Made by a program: the position numbers and the translations under genes. The notes beneath the pieces are model-generated. The model was not told where the DNA came from. It made no database searches and was given only the letters and a program-made list of their open reading frames with translations. Positions 52,388-62,354 of a stretch of DNA of 64,000 nt are shown here, piece after piece (position 1 is the first letter of the stretch; every line of letters begins with the position of its first letter). This stretch comes from a virus (taxonomy: Duplodnaviria; Caudoviricetes): the IMG/VR virus record IMGVR_UViG_3300044518_000037, positions 1-64,000 of that record. One strand, given 5' to 3'.

Positions 52388-54442
52388 CTATGGAGCTGGG
52401 CTGTACACGATTTTGTACTGCGCGCCGACGGGTAGGGAGCGCTGGATAGCCTGGTCGAGACGGTATTGGTTGACTGTCCTGCCCCGGTAATAGTGGCTTC
52501 GGGAGTCGCCCGGCAACACGCCTGGAATCGGTTCCCACATGTAGTCGAGGCTCGGATTGTTACCGTCGAAGTACGTGCCCAGTTCCTTGCTTGTCTCGGC
52601 CAGGATGCCGGTGAAGTAGAACTCCAGCGGTCCGATGTTCGGCCAGTTCCCGTTTTGTACGGCGGCCCGGTAGTTCTTGCCGTCGGTGAAGGTGATGATG
52701 TCTCCGGCGCTGTAGGCGCCGGTCGCGCTCCAGGCGCCTCGTGTGGCCGGCAGCGAGGTGACGGACCATATGTTGGGGTTGGGGGTCGGGGGCACGCCTC
52801 CGGCGGGTGGGAAGAGTCTGGCCATGTCGTTTGCGGCATAGCCGATATTCAGGATGGTGGTGCCACCGTACGTGGCGCTGGTGAGCATCGTGACGGTCAG
52901 TCGGGTGTAGGGCTGGGATGAGACGAGCATGGGCGTGGAGGTGCCGCGTATCATGCTGTCTCCATTGTGCGCCCAGATGGTGATCGGGACGGGGCCTTGG
53001 ACGGGACGCACGTAGGCGCTGATGGTTACCCATGTATTCGGGTTGATGCCGGTGATGACGACGCTTTGGTGGGCGTCGGTGCCGATGCCGCACCAGGCGG
53101 GGGCGCCCTGGCCGGTGAGTGCTGCGGTGGGCAGCGACGGGATGAGGAGGTCGCCACAGGCGCCGCCGCTGAGACCGGCTGCGGGGTTGCGGGTGAATGT
53201 CGCGTTGACGCCCGGGGGCATTCGGGTGTTGTAGCCCCAGGTCGAATTGTAGAAAGCGGGGTTCTGGCAGAAGTTGATGCGCGTGGCCCGGAGCTTGATG
53301 AGGAGCTGTCGCGGCGGCTGCCAGGGGCGGGCCGGACTGGTGCCGGACGCGGACTGGGTGAGCGTTGTGGGTACGAAAATTCTGTGCTCGTCAACGTAGA
53401 AAGTGATGGAGTTGACCGGGGTGCTGGTGGTGACGACCGGTGCGACCGCTGCCCACACGGTTGTGGGACTGAGTACGGCTTGGTATTGGAGCCTGGTCCA
53501 CGCGGTGCCGCCGGACAGCGGCGTGGCGAGTCCGGTGGAGGTGTTCACCAGGTTGTAGCTGGAGTCGTATTCGTAGAGGCGTACGGCGCCTTGGGCGTTC
53601 GCCGGTCCGGCGACTGAGACGCTGGTGACGACGGTCGTTGCGGGGCTGACGCGGGCGTACGCCTGGGGGACGGGGACGACCGCGAAGGTGGAGATGCCGG
53701 TGCCGGTTCCCGCTGGCGCGCCGGGCGGCGCGTTGTAGGCAAGGTCGGAATAGGTGGAGCGCTGGGCGCCGGCGCTCTGGTAGGTCTGCCAGTACTGCAC
53801 GGTGCTGTACGTGTTGGATGCGGGGGTGGCGTACGTGTATTTGCCGCTGTACTGGCCGCAGGACGCCGCTGCACTGGTCCGTGCGTAGGTGGCGCCGTTG
53901 GGTATGGCGGTCAGATCGGGCAGATAGAAGCACCGGCCCTCATAGGAGGACTGTTCGATATCGAGCAAGTTGATGCCCGGTCGGTCCACGGTGATGTCGT
54001 AACTGCCGCCGGAGGGGGTCATCTCGAACTGCGCGTAGGCTACCTGCTGAGCCGTGCCGGCGGGCATGGCGTCCGAGTAGATGGTGACCCCGGCGTACGC
54101 GGCGCGGTTGTACAACTGCGGGCCTTGGGCTGGGTAGGGGGTCGGCGCGCTCGCGGTGACTGAGAGGCGCACCCACTGGTTCACGGGGTCGCTGCCGCCG
54201 ACGCGGGCCACCGTGCCGACGACATGGCTGAGGGCGGGGTCGGTGTAGTCGCCGCCGCTGGTCATCCACGGGGTGACGCCGAAGTCGTCGAAGGCCCCGG
54301 CCAGGAGGCTGCTGGTGAGTGTGAGCGCGCCGGTGGATGTGGAGTTTCCGCCGGTTGCCGCGAGGGCGATCTGGAGGAGGGTCGGCGTCGCGGTTCCGGT
54401 GGAGGTTGAATTCCCGGAGAACGCAAGAGGGGTGTAGCTCAT
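52388..54442 (-). CDS. Tail/baseplate-associated fibre protein with carbohydrate-binding-like domains
   Basis: S/T/G-rich beta pattern; WSATGAYSAGDII (ChtBD3-like); in the tail module. Confidence 0.7.
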   Translation of the reverse strand: MSYTPLAFSGNSTSTGTATPTLLQIALAATGGNSTSTGALTLTSSLLAGAFDDFGVTPWMTSGGDYTDPALSHVVGTVARVGGSDPVNQWVRLSVTASAPTPYPAQGPQLYNRAAYAGVTIYSDAMPAGTAQQVAYAQFEMTPSGGSYDITVDRPGINLLDIEQSSYEGRCFYLPDLTAIPNGATYARTSAAASCGQYSGKYTYATPASNTYSTVQYWQTYQSAGAQRSTYSDLAYNAPPGAPAGTGTGISTFAVVPVPQAYARVSPATTVVTSVSVAGPANAQGAVRLYEYDSSYNLVNTSTGLATPLSGGTAWTRLQYQAVLSPTTVWAAVAPVVTTSTPVNSITFYVDEHRIFVPTTLTQSASGTSPARPWQPPRQLLIKLRATRINFCQNPAFYNSTWGYNTRMPPGVNATFTRNPAAGLSGGACGDLLIPSLPTAALTGQGAPAWCGIGTDAHQSVVITGINPNTWVTISAYVRPVQGPVPITIWAHNGDSMIRGTSTPMLVSSQPYTRLTVTMLTSATYGGTTILNIGYAANDMARLFPPAGGVPPTPNPNIWSVTSLPATRGAWSATGAYSAGDIITFTDGKNYRAAVQNGNWPNIGPLEFYFTGILAETSKELGTYFDGNNPSLDYMWEPIPGVLPGDSRSHYYRGRTVNQYRLDQAIQRSLPVGAQYKIVYSPAP

Positions 54443-56211
54443 GGTCGAATCCTCTCCAGGAAGCCCATTCCATTGGCGGAGTTGTTCGTCGTGTTGCCGC
54501 TGATTGTGGCGAGCTGTACCCACCCCGGGATGAGGGGCGTCAGGGTTTCCACGGTGATCTGGGAGGAGTTGACTCTGACGCGCATTCGGGTGCCGTCAGT
54601 GATTGGTTGCCACGTTGCGAGCACAATGAGGTTGGCCCCGCTCAGCGCTCCGGTCGGTTGGCCGTTGGCGTCGTAGGTGAGTTGGGCGTAGGTGAGGCGG
54701 TCTCGGGATGCGAGGAAGTACTGCCCGTTGCCGTATCGGAACGCTATTCCGTGTTCCATGGTGAATGGGCCGCCGGATACGCCGCTGGTATCGACAGGTC
54801 GGCTCCTGAAAGTGGTGTAGATGATGTCGGCATTCACGCCGGAGTACACCCAGTCTCGCTTGAAGAAAAGCGCTCGGCCGGCTTGCATAATTGACTGGTT
54901 GGTAGCGGTGGAGGTGCCGGATGCCTTTGTCCACGACAGCGGGGCGCCCATGCCGTTGTTCGAGTTCCACAGCCCCCAGTCGCATTCCCATGGAATGCCG
55001 GTGCCCTGCTGCCAGGGCTGCGGTGTGGTCCAGCCGGTTGGTGCGGCGCCGGAGCTCGCGGGGTAGGCGAGATTATCGACCTCGAACCGGTCAAGCAGCA
55101 GCTGGCGGCTGTCGCGCACCACGGCGTTGCTGATGTAGGCGCCGTTCTGGTCGAACCAGTCGATCTCGGCTCGCACGTTCTGCCCGGCGCCGGTGGCGGT
55201 GCGGTAGTGGTAGACGGAGAAGGTGTAGAGCTCGATGTCCGGGCCGAGCCACCTCCACCATGGATTGTCGGTGTCGTAGCCGGTGGGGGCGTTGACTCGT
55301 GTCGCCTGGGCCGCCTGGTAGAGATGTCCGTTCCAGGACACGACGTCGCGGAAGTTGTAGCTCGTGTACGGGTACCAGACCGGGATTGTGCCGAGTGGAA
55401 TGGTCTGGTTCTGGACGACCGACGGCTCGTACGTCAAGTTGTTGGCTAGGGACGTGATCTTCCACTTGGTCGGTGACGTCGCCGGGTAGTCGCCCTGGGT
55501 GTAGTTCAGGGCGGTGTAGATCGCCTTCTGCTCGCCGGTGTAGTAGCCGAGAGCGGCCGGTTGGCCTGCCCGGTACGTCTGGGCGATCGCGGCGCCGGGG
55601 CCCTGGTTCCAGTAGCCCGCCTGGACGCCGCCGCCGGTGTACAGCGCGACGGAGTTGGATCCGGTTGCGCTGGAGGGGAGGGCGTAGGTGGAGGAGTTCC
55701 CGGCGCCGGGGCTGGACGAGCCGCCGACGGTGGCGCCGAAGGGGATGGTGCCCCACTGCATTGCGGTTGCCGAGGCTCGGCTGTTGTCGGGTCGGGCGTT
55801 GATGACGCCAGCGGGGTCCTTCAGGTTCCAGTACGCCTGGCCGTCGGTCAGCCAGTTTCGGATCGTGTCCACGTCGCTGATCGTGCCGGGGGAGAGCGCC
55901 GTCCAGAATTTCGTGGACGTGCCCGGGGTGACGCCGAGGTTGAGGCCGTCGTTCGGAACTACCGAGACGTGCGCCCACTTGACGTCGTATCCGGTCGATA
56001 CGGCGTTCTTGCCGACTACGGTCAGGGTGAGCTGGTTGCTGCCGGCGACCACCCCGGGCGGCAACGCGATGACCGGACTGAGTTGCTGGATGGGTGAGTA
56101 GAGGTCGATCGTGAAGTTCGGTACGGCCGAGCCATTGAGGCCCATCGACACGATGCCGCAGTTCGGGCCGGTGTAGAACTGGCAATACAGCTGTGCGGAC
56201 CATGCACTCAT
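54439..56211 (-). CDS. Tail fibre/receptor-binding protein with ChtBD3/CBM5-12-like repeats
   Basis: WYPYTSYNFRDVVSWNGHLYQA..WWRW; RBS GGAG. Confidence 0.7.
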   Translation of the reverse strand: MSAWSAQLYCQFYTGPNCGIVSMGLNGSAVPNFTIDLYSPIQQLSPVIALPPGVVAGSNQLTLTVVGKNAVSTGYDVKWAHVSVVPNDGLNLGVTPGTSTKFWTALSPGTISDVDTIRNWLTDGQAYWNLKDPAGVINARPDNSRASATAMQWGTIPFGATVGGSSSPGAGNSSTYALPSSATGSNSVALYTGGGVQAGYWNQGPGAAIAQTYRAGQPAALGYYTGEQKAIYTALNYTQGDYPATSPTKWKITSLANNLTYEPSVVQNQTIPLGTIPVWYPYTSYNFRDVVSWNGHLYQAAQATRVNAPTGYDTDNPWWRWLGPDIELYTFSVYHYRTATGAGQNVRAEIDWFDQNGAYISNAVVRDSRQLLLDRFEVDNLAYPASSGAAPTGWTTPQPWQQGTGIPWECDWGLWNSNNGMGAPLSWTKASGTSTATNQSIMQAGRALFFKRDWVYSGVNADIIYTTFRSRPVDTSGVSGGPFTMEHGIAFRYGNGQYFLASRDRLTYAQLTYDANGQPTGALSGANLIVLATWQPITDGTRMRVRVNSSQITVETLTPLIPGWVQLATISGNTTNNSANGMGFLERIRP

Positions 56212-56225
56212 CTGATGTCTCCGCG

Positions 56226-57485
56226 TCAGCTCGTGGGCGGCTGAGTGATACTGAACGTGACGGTCATCGCGTCTCCGGGTGTCGGGTTTGACCACCAGGC
56301 GTACCCGGTGTCCATACGTCCGACGGCGGGGTCCACAACGAAGTACATGGCGCCGCTTCCGGTGTTCGAGACAGCTCCCTGCATGTTGTAGAGGGAGTAC
56401 TGGACCGTGCCGTTGGTTGCCTGGTAGAGGGCCCCGTTGTAGGTGACGAGGTCGGAGTTCGACGGCGGGTTGGCCGCCGATACGTACATCGTGTTGGGAT
56501 CCCAGGGCAGGGCGCGCGTGCTTGAAAAAGCCGCCGTGTCCATGTTCTGGAACTCGTTGTACCCGATACTCACGGTCGCCTCCCAGCCCGTGATGTCGGT
56601 GACGAGCTGCGCGAGAGTGGCCGCGCTGCCGGCTCCGCGCTGGATCGACATCGCATCCCGCACGAACGCACGCCTGAGCTCGGGCAGCGCTGGAAGTCTC
56701 TCGACGATGCCGAGCTGCTGTGCGATCAGCGACAGTTGGCGGTCCGTGCAGTCGGCGATGTTGTTCAGGTTGAGCAGGGCGTCGTTCTCCGTCTTCATCG
56801 CATCGAAGTGGAAACCGAAGATAGAGAGGAAGGCGAACAGGTCGCTGTTGAGCGGGACTTCGGTCGCCGTCGTCTCCACGGTGGCGACCTTGTAGGGCCT
56901 TGGGATGAGGTCGTACAGGAGGTGCGTGTGGCCGGCGTCGCGCACGACCAGGCCGACGCAGCCGCTACCGCAGCGGTACCACGGGGTGGTGACCGTCGTC
57001 GCGGACCACTGCGGAGTGGTCGTGCTGGGCGGCACGTTGTACGTGTTGGCCGCCACGCACTGCCAGTTCTGGCCGTTGAACGAGCAAAGGTCCCCGGGCT
57101 GGTATGTCGTGGTCCCGACGTACTGGGGCACGGTAGCCGCGACGAAGATCGCGTAGTAGTAGTGTCTGCCTTCGACAACCGTGCTGTCCACGAATGAATT
57201 GACCAGCTGGGAGGGGTTGCCGGCGGTTCCGTCGCCAGCCGAGAGGTCCAGGCAGACCCACCCGTCATCCTCCGTGTCCGGCACCCCGTAAGAGTTCCGC
57301 ACCAGGCGCAGCCGCGACCAGGTGTACGGCGTAGAGAACAGAAACACCTGCTGCGGGGTCGCCCAGGTGACCTGGAGGACACCGTGGTCGCTCTGCGCGG
57401 CGACCATGGGGTCCGCGCTGAAGAGGAAGTCGACGACCGTGCCGTAGGTCGCCTTGCCGTAGAGATCGAGTCCGTAGATGGCCAT
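56226..57485 (-). CDS. Phage tail protein (P2 gpI-like region) with CBM5/12-like repeat
   Basis: YQPGDLCSFNGQNWQC; LSLIAQQLG..RRAFVRDA..GAGS..LVTDITGW. Confidence 0.75.
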   Translation of the reverse strand: MAIYGLDLYGKATYGTVVDFLFSADPMVAAQSDHGVLQVTWATPQQVFLFSTPYTWSRLRLVRNSYGVPDTEDDGWVCLDLSAGDGTAGNPSQLVNSFVDSTVVEGRHYYYAIFVAATVPQYVGTTTYQPGDLCSFNGQNWQCVAANTYNVPPSTTTPQWSATTVTTPWYRCGSGCVGLVVRDAGHTHLLYDLIPRPYKVATVETTATEVPLNSDLFAFLSIFGFHFDAMKTENDALLNLNNIADCTDRQLSLIAQQLGIVERLPALPELRRAFVRDAMSIQRGAGSAATLAQLVTDITGWEATVSIGYNEFQNMDTAAFSSTRALPWDPNTMYVSAANPPSNSDLVTYNGALYQATNGTVQYSLYNMQGAVSNTGSGAMYFVVDPAVGRMDTGYAWWSNPTPGDAMTVTFSITQPPTS

Positions 57486-57495
57486 GGGCGTCGCC

Positions 57496-58251
57496 TCAGT
57501 TCGCTGGCCGCTGGTAGGTCAGCGAGATCGCGGCCGTGACAAGGATCTGGGAGTTGTTCGCATCACCGGGGGAGTGGGAGAACTGAATCTGGATGTTCTG
57601 CCCTGCCGACCAGGGCCCAGCCCAGGCGCAGTTCAGCCTGTGGGCATCCACAACGCCCGGCTGGGCGTGGGACGCGCCGGTGGCCGCCTCGATGCCGTTG
57701 ACCAGGACCCGGACGTTCGCGTGGTGAACGCTACCGGGGGCGACCTGGGCGACGGGAGCCCACACCGACAGTGCCATCTGGTACCAACCCGACTGCGGGC
57801 ACAGCAGGTTGCTGCCACCCTGGTACATCCCGGACGGGTCGTAGGCGGCACCGCCCCACAGGACGGCCTGCCACGCCCCGAAGCCGGGCGACATCATCTG
57901 CCCTGGGCACTGGATTGAGGAGACGGGCTGCTGCGGGCCGAGGGAGGGGAAGGCCAACTGGTTGGCCATCTGGGTCAGGTTGGCGACCTGGGTCTGGATG
58001 GCGTTGAGCCGGTCGGCGACCGAGGCGTAGGTCGCAGCCAGCATCGGCGTGGTGGTGGCGTACACGGACAGCGGGCGCGCGCCGACCGGCGGCGCCGACA
58101 CGCCGGCCCACACGTGGGGGTTGACCCCGAGGGTCTGCTCGACGGCGGTGACTTCTAGCTGGATGTCGTTGACGTTGGCCGCGAAGATCGTGTCGACGGT
58201 GTCCGTTCTGATGGGGAACGGCTTCACCGCTATGGGGTAGACGGCTGGCAT
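57496..58251 (-). CDS. Tail fibre protein with C1q/TNF-like C-terminal domain
   Basis: AANVNDIQ.EV.AVEQTLG.NP; YDPSGM..CPQSGWYQMALSV. Confidence 0.65.
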   Translation of the reverse strand: MPAVYPIAVKPFPIRTDTVDTIFAANVNDIQLEVTAVEQTLGVNPHVWAGVSAPPVGARPLSVYATTTPMLAATYASVADRLNAIQTQVANLTQMANQLAFPSLGPQQPVSSIQCPGQMMSPGFGAWQAVLWGGAAYDPSGMYQGGSNLLCPQSGWYQMALSVWAPVAQVAPGSVHHANVRVLVNGIEAATGASHAQPGVVDAHRLNCAWAGPWSAGQNIQIQFSHSPGDANNSQILVTAAISLTYQRPAN

Positions 58252-58262
58252 CGCATGTACTC

Positions 58263-59801
58263 CTAGACTCCGCCGATGGCGGAGAGGTTGATGCTGCCGC
58301 ACACGGGAATCTCCCAGTCCCGGCAGAGGACATCAGTGGTGCCCGCCTGAGGCAGGTCGTTGCGCGCCATCAAGGTCACGTTCGCCCAGTCAACGCCCGG
58401 AGTCGACTGGATGGTCTCGTACACGTGCGATAGCGAGACACGCGAGCCGAACCCGACGATCCCGGGCGCGAAGAGCCCCTGAAGCGCCTGGGTCACTGCC
58501 AACACGACGTTCTGCCGCCGGTAGCGCGGCAGCACACCGATCTGGACCGGCAACGTGCTCCCGCCGAGATTGATCGGGACGAGCGTTCCGTTGAACACCG
58601 TCACCGTGACACCAGCCAGCGAAAGCGGCTGGACGTACGCGGCGATGGAATCCCGCTGATACTGCGACAGCGCCGTATTGTTGGGGCCGATCACGTAAAT
58701 CGTGACCGCAGTATTCGAGGTCCCGACCGCCTTGGCGCCCGCGACGCCCTGAACATTCAAAGCGAGATCAGCGTAGTCGGACAAGGCCACCGCCCGGCCC
58801 TGCACCCGAAAAGCCTTCGGGGCGTTTACGCGGATCTGATCGAGACTCTCCGGATCGGCCCCGCCGGTCATCGCAGAGGACCCGCCGTTGGCAGCGATCT
58901 GCACACCCGGAATGGAAACCGCCAGGTCCACGACGGAATTCGCCGGAAGGTTCCCGTAAGTCCCCCCGCCCACCCGGTAGTTGGCCGTCACCTTCATGCC
59001 GTTCGGCGGGATGGCCCCGTTAGTGCCGTCCCCGAAGCTGACCCAGGTGACCCCGGAGTCGTCGGTGGAGACGGTGAAAATCCGGTCCCCCGGGAGCGCC
59101 AGCAGGAAGTCCGTGACCACCGTCCACTCTGTCCCGCCCGTACCATCGTCCAAGATCACCCGAACCGTCGACAACAGCGCCGACGCCTTCGCCAACGGGA
59201 ACCGCTGCGCAGGCATCCCGTTCGACGTACCCAGATCCTCCACCTTCACCGTGACAGCCGGTGCCAGCTGAGACGACGGATAGAGGGTCACAGGCCGCGA
59301 GCCCTGAGTGCGCCCCTCGACCACCGAGACGGCCACGGCGGGCACCGGCGTGGTGTACGACGGAACCGTCACATCCGCCTGCGTCTCAAAAAACACGGGG
59401 GCGTCCAACGCTGGCTGGAAACCACTGATCACCTGCGTACCCGCCGGCACGACCACCGGACTGGTCAGAGCAGGCGTCGGGCTGAGCGCGACCGCCCCGC
59501 TGGCCGGCTGCGCGGTGTACGGCACATAGCCGAGCTGCTGCGCGATCGCCATCACGCTGGAGCGCAGCGTGGCCGTCGCCAGATACGCCTCGTCCTGAAT
59601 CCGGTCCTGATAGAAACTGACGATGTCGCCCACGTACGAGAACAGCTCGACCATCACGACACCGAAGTCCGCCGGAGACCGGGACGTCCACGTCGGCATC
59701 ACCTGGGTCGCGTAATTGAGCAGCGACGTGCGATACCCGACATAGTCGCGGCTCGTGTAGTCGATCTGCGCGACAATTCCCTGGTCAGCCAACGGGCGCA
59801 C
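58263..59801 (-). CDS. Baseplate J-like wedge protein
   Basis: IDYTSRDY..DFGVVMVELFSYVGDIVSFYQDR; YRVGGG..GN; GGADPES..RAV..DY. Confidence 0.92.
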   Translation of the reverse strand: MRPLADQGIVAQIDYTSRDYVGYRTSLLNYATQVMPTWTSRSPADFGVVMVELFSYVGDIVSFYQDRIQDEAYLATATLRSSVMAIAQQLGYVPYTAQPASGAVALSPTPALTSPVVVPAGTQVISGFQPALDAPVFFETQADVTVPSYTTPVPAVAVSVVEGRTQGSRPVTLYPSSQLAPAVTVKVEDLGTSNGMPAQRFPLAKASALLSTVRVILDDGTGGTEWTVVTDFLLALPGDRIFTVSTDDSGVTWVSFGDGTNGAIPPNGMKVTANYRVGGGTYGNLPANSVVDLAVSIPGVQIAANGGSSAMTGGADPESLDQIRVNAPKAFRVQGRAVALSDYADLALNVQGVAGAKAVGTSNTAVTIYVIGPNNTALSQYQRDSIAAYVQPLSLAGVTVTVFNGTLVPINLGGSTLPVQIGVLPRYRRQNVVLAVTQALQGLFAPGIVGFGSRVSLSHVYETIQSTPGVDWANVTLMARNDLPQAGTTDVLCRDWEIPVCGSINLSAIGGV

Positions 59802-59891
59802 TCCTCCGATACCGCCAGCGATACCGGATAAGAAATGAGTGCTGACTAACTGCGGAATATCCTACGGTCGGCGCTCGCGCCCCGGTAATCG

Positions 59892-60293
59892 TCAGACGCC
59901 GAGCGAGCTGACCGTCCCGCCCACGTCGATACTCACTATGCGGCTGTTGGCGCTCTCCGCCCCAGGCGCGTCGACCCGCGCGACCTCGACCCTGAGATTG
60001 ACCAGGCCCAGCTCATCGTTCACGCTTGCGGAGATCGAGGTGACGCGGGCGCTCGGCTCCCACTGCGCCACAGCGTCGCGAACCGCGAGCTGTACCTGGG
60101 CGCTGGCGAGCTGGTCCGAAGCGAACAGCAGGCGGGCCGAGTCGACCCCATACGTCGCGCGGTTCACCCGCTCCCCGGGCTGCGTGCCGATCAGACCCTG
60201 AATGCGGTCCAGCAGCTGACGCTGAAGATCGTCGGTCTGCGCCACCGCCCCAGTTGGGTCGATGCTGAACGGGATGGTCATCGTGACACTCAT
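59892..60293 (-). CDS. gp25/GPW-like baseplate wedge protein
   Basis: IGTQPGERVNRATYG..AVAQWEPSA. Confidence 0.9.
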   Translation of the reverse strand: MSVTMTIPFSIDPTGAVAQTDDLQRQLLDRIQGLIGTQPGERVNRATYGVDSARLLFASDQLASAQVQLAVRDAVAQWEPSARVTSISASVNDELGLVNLRVEVARVDAPGAESANSRIVSIDVGGTVSSLGV

Positions 60294-60298
60294 GTCGC

Positions 60299-60883
60299 CT
60301 ACCCGGGGAAGAAGCTGATCGAGGCCAACGCGATCCAGTTCGGTGCGGTGGTGGTCATGCGGGACAGGTTGAACCCGACCGGGTTGCCCGGTGTCATGTA
60401 GACCGCGCAGTCGCCGTTGTCGTACGCCATGTGCGGCCACACGTCCCCGAGCGTCACGTTGAACGGCAATGTGAAGAGCAACTGATTGACGACGAACGAG
60501 GTCGACGAACCGATCAGTCCGCGAAGGTGGACAACGCCCTCGACATCGACGTGATACCCGGGGACCTGCCAGCCTGCCAGCGGGGCCACGTTCGGCCCGA
60601 AGGCGGTGATCGGCGTCCAGGTCGCCCGCTGGATCGGCGGCTGGAAAGACGGCAGCGGAATCGGAGTCACCGGCCAGAAAACCGGATAGTTGATATCCCC
60701 ACCATCGAAGCTGACGTAGACGTGGTCCCCAACCGTGACCGTGCCAACCGAGGCCGGCTGCGCCCACCCGGTTACGGCGGTCCCATGTACCTGTGGCACA
60801 ACCAACCGCACCCAGCCCCGCCCGGTCGGATCGTGCACCTCGACCACCATCCCGGCGTATGTGCCGTTCACCTGGCGCGCCAT
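60299..60883 (-). CDS. gp5/VgrG OB-fold baseplate spike protein with C-terminal beta domain
   Basis: YAGMVVEVHDPTGRGWVRLVVPQV..WA.P..V.V.FDGGD..YPV. Confidence 0.85.
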   Translation of the reverse strand: MARQVNGTYAGMVVEVHDPTGRGWVRLVVPQVHGTAVTGWAQPASVGTVTVGDHVYVSFDGGDINYPVFWPVTPIPLPSFQPPIQRATWTPITAFGPNVAPLAGWQVPGYHVDVEGVVHLRGLIGSSTSFVVNQLLFTLPFNVTLGDVWPHMAYDNGDCAVYMTPGNPVGFNLSRMTTTAPNWIALASISFFPG

Positions 60884-62079
60884 CACAGTCGCCCCGTGGT
60901 CAGGGCCCGCCACCGCCCGCCGACGAGCACGGTCGCCGCCGGTTTCCCGAACGTGCCCTGGACCGGGAGCTCCAGGGCCTGGGCGTTGTTGCGGCCCACG
61001 ACCAGCGTGGTGGTGTAGTCGGTGCGCGTCGGGTCCGCGTGACTGACCACTATCTGGTGCACCGCTGAACGCACCATCCACAGGCCGGTGTTCTGCGCGC
61101 CGAGCCCGTCACCACGCAGATCCACCAGACACCCGGGCCTGAGCCTCGGGTCGCCGTTGACCACCAGCCGGGCCTCCACCCACAGGTACACCGTGTCTGC
61201 CGAGAGCAGCGTTGACGCCTCCGCGTAGGAATGGGTCGGGCGTGCGTCGTACTGCCGGCGTACCAGGGGTTCCACCGGCTCGCCGCGTACGTCGGTTCTC
61301 GGCATCGTGAAGTCGGCGAGCGTGGTGACGGACGTCGACCTATTGAACCCAACGGTCTGGTAGGACGAGCGCACGCCGCCGGCGGGGTCGGTATCACCGA
61401 CCACAGCGGTGAAGCTGCGGATCGAGTTGATGACGCCCGGCGTCTTGTACTGGTAGAGCGTCGGGATCGAGCCGTCTGCGGTCGGCATTGCGGTCGACCT
61501 GCTCACGTACCAGAGCGTGGTGCCGTCCAGGAAGAGCCGGTACCCGATGCGTTTGGTGAGCTCCGTCAGGAAAGCCCAGTCGGAGGACTGCTGCATGAGG
61601 CTCGGGAAGCGGATGCTGCTGGTCTCGACGGCTGTCTGGACGTTGTGTTCCTGCCCGATCTCCCGGGCGATCCAGGACGCCGTCACGTCGGACCACAGCC
61701 GGTTGGAGTGCGACTGCATCGGCATGCTCGGACCGACGATGGTGTAGACCACGGGTAGGACGACGGCGTGGCCATAGGCCGGGTCCGTCTCGGAGGCCAG
61801 GACGCGGCTCGACGCGACGTATCCGTACACGTCCCCGTCGTCATCAGCCCACCAGCCGTACCGAAGATGCACGGGAGTGCTCTCCGGCCAGACCACCCCT
61901 GCCGGACTGAGCAGCGCCTGCGAGGGCAGGTTCGAGCTGAGGACGTGGTGGACGGTGATCTCGGCGACCTGGTGCGCGCCCTCGGCCATCCAGGTCTTCA
62001 TGTCCGCGATCCACGCCGAGCTCTCCAGCACCGGCAGGACCACCTGGACGTGCGGGCGGTAGACGTTACGCCAGGCCAC
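60883..62079 (-). CDS. Baseplate hub (late control D/gp27-like)
   Basis: QQSSDWAFLTELTKRIGY; GDPRLRPG..G.W.VRS..H. Confidence 0.85.
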   Translation of the reverse strand: MAWRNVYRPHVQVVLPVLESSAWIADMKTWMAEGAHQVAEITVHHVLSSNLPSQALLSPAGVVWPESTPVHLRYGWWADDDGDVYGYVASSRVLASETDPAYGHAVVLPVVYTIVGPSMPMQSHSNRLWSDVTASWIAREIGQEHNVQTAVETSSIRFPSLMQQSSDWAFLTELTKRIGYRLFLDGTTLWYVSRSTAMPTADGSIPTLYQYKTPGVINSIRSFTAVVGDTDPAGGVRSSYQTVGFNRSTSVTTLADFTMPRTDVRGEPVEPLVRRQYDARPTHSYAEASTLLSADTVYLWVEARLVVNGDPRLRPGCLVDLRGDGLGAQNTGLWMVRSAVHQIVVSHADPTRTDYTTTLVVGRNNAQALELPVQGTFGKPAATVLVGGRWRALTTGRL

Positions 62080-62347
62080 TGGGGATCATCACGGCCGCGC
62101 CGGCCACCACCCGCGTCCAGTCCAACGTCCCAGGGTTGGCGCGTGCGTAGACCCACCACGCGTCCTCGACCTGGTAGTAGCGCGCGGCGACCAGGTCGAC
62201 GCGATCGCTGTCCCTCCACAGATAGTCGCGCACCGTCAGCCGCTGCGCCTGCGGAGCCTGGTGCACGATGGCGATCTGCGGCCGGCCCTGGCGGTCGGTG
62301 AAGGTCGCCAGAGCGTTGGTCTGGTAGCGCGACGTGCGGGAAATCAC
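62066..62347 (-). CDS. LysM/tail-X-like baseplate protein
   Basis: DRVDLVAARYY..WWVYARANP..G..IP. Confidence 0.85.
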   Translation of the reverse strand: MISRTSRYQTNALATFTDRQGRPQIAIVHQAPQAQRLTVRDYLWRDSDRVDLVAARYYQVEDAWWVYARANPGTLDWTRVVAGAAVMIPSGLA

Positions 62348-62354
62348 GGCGACC

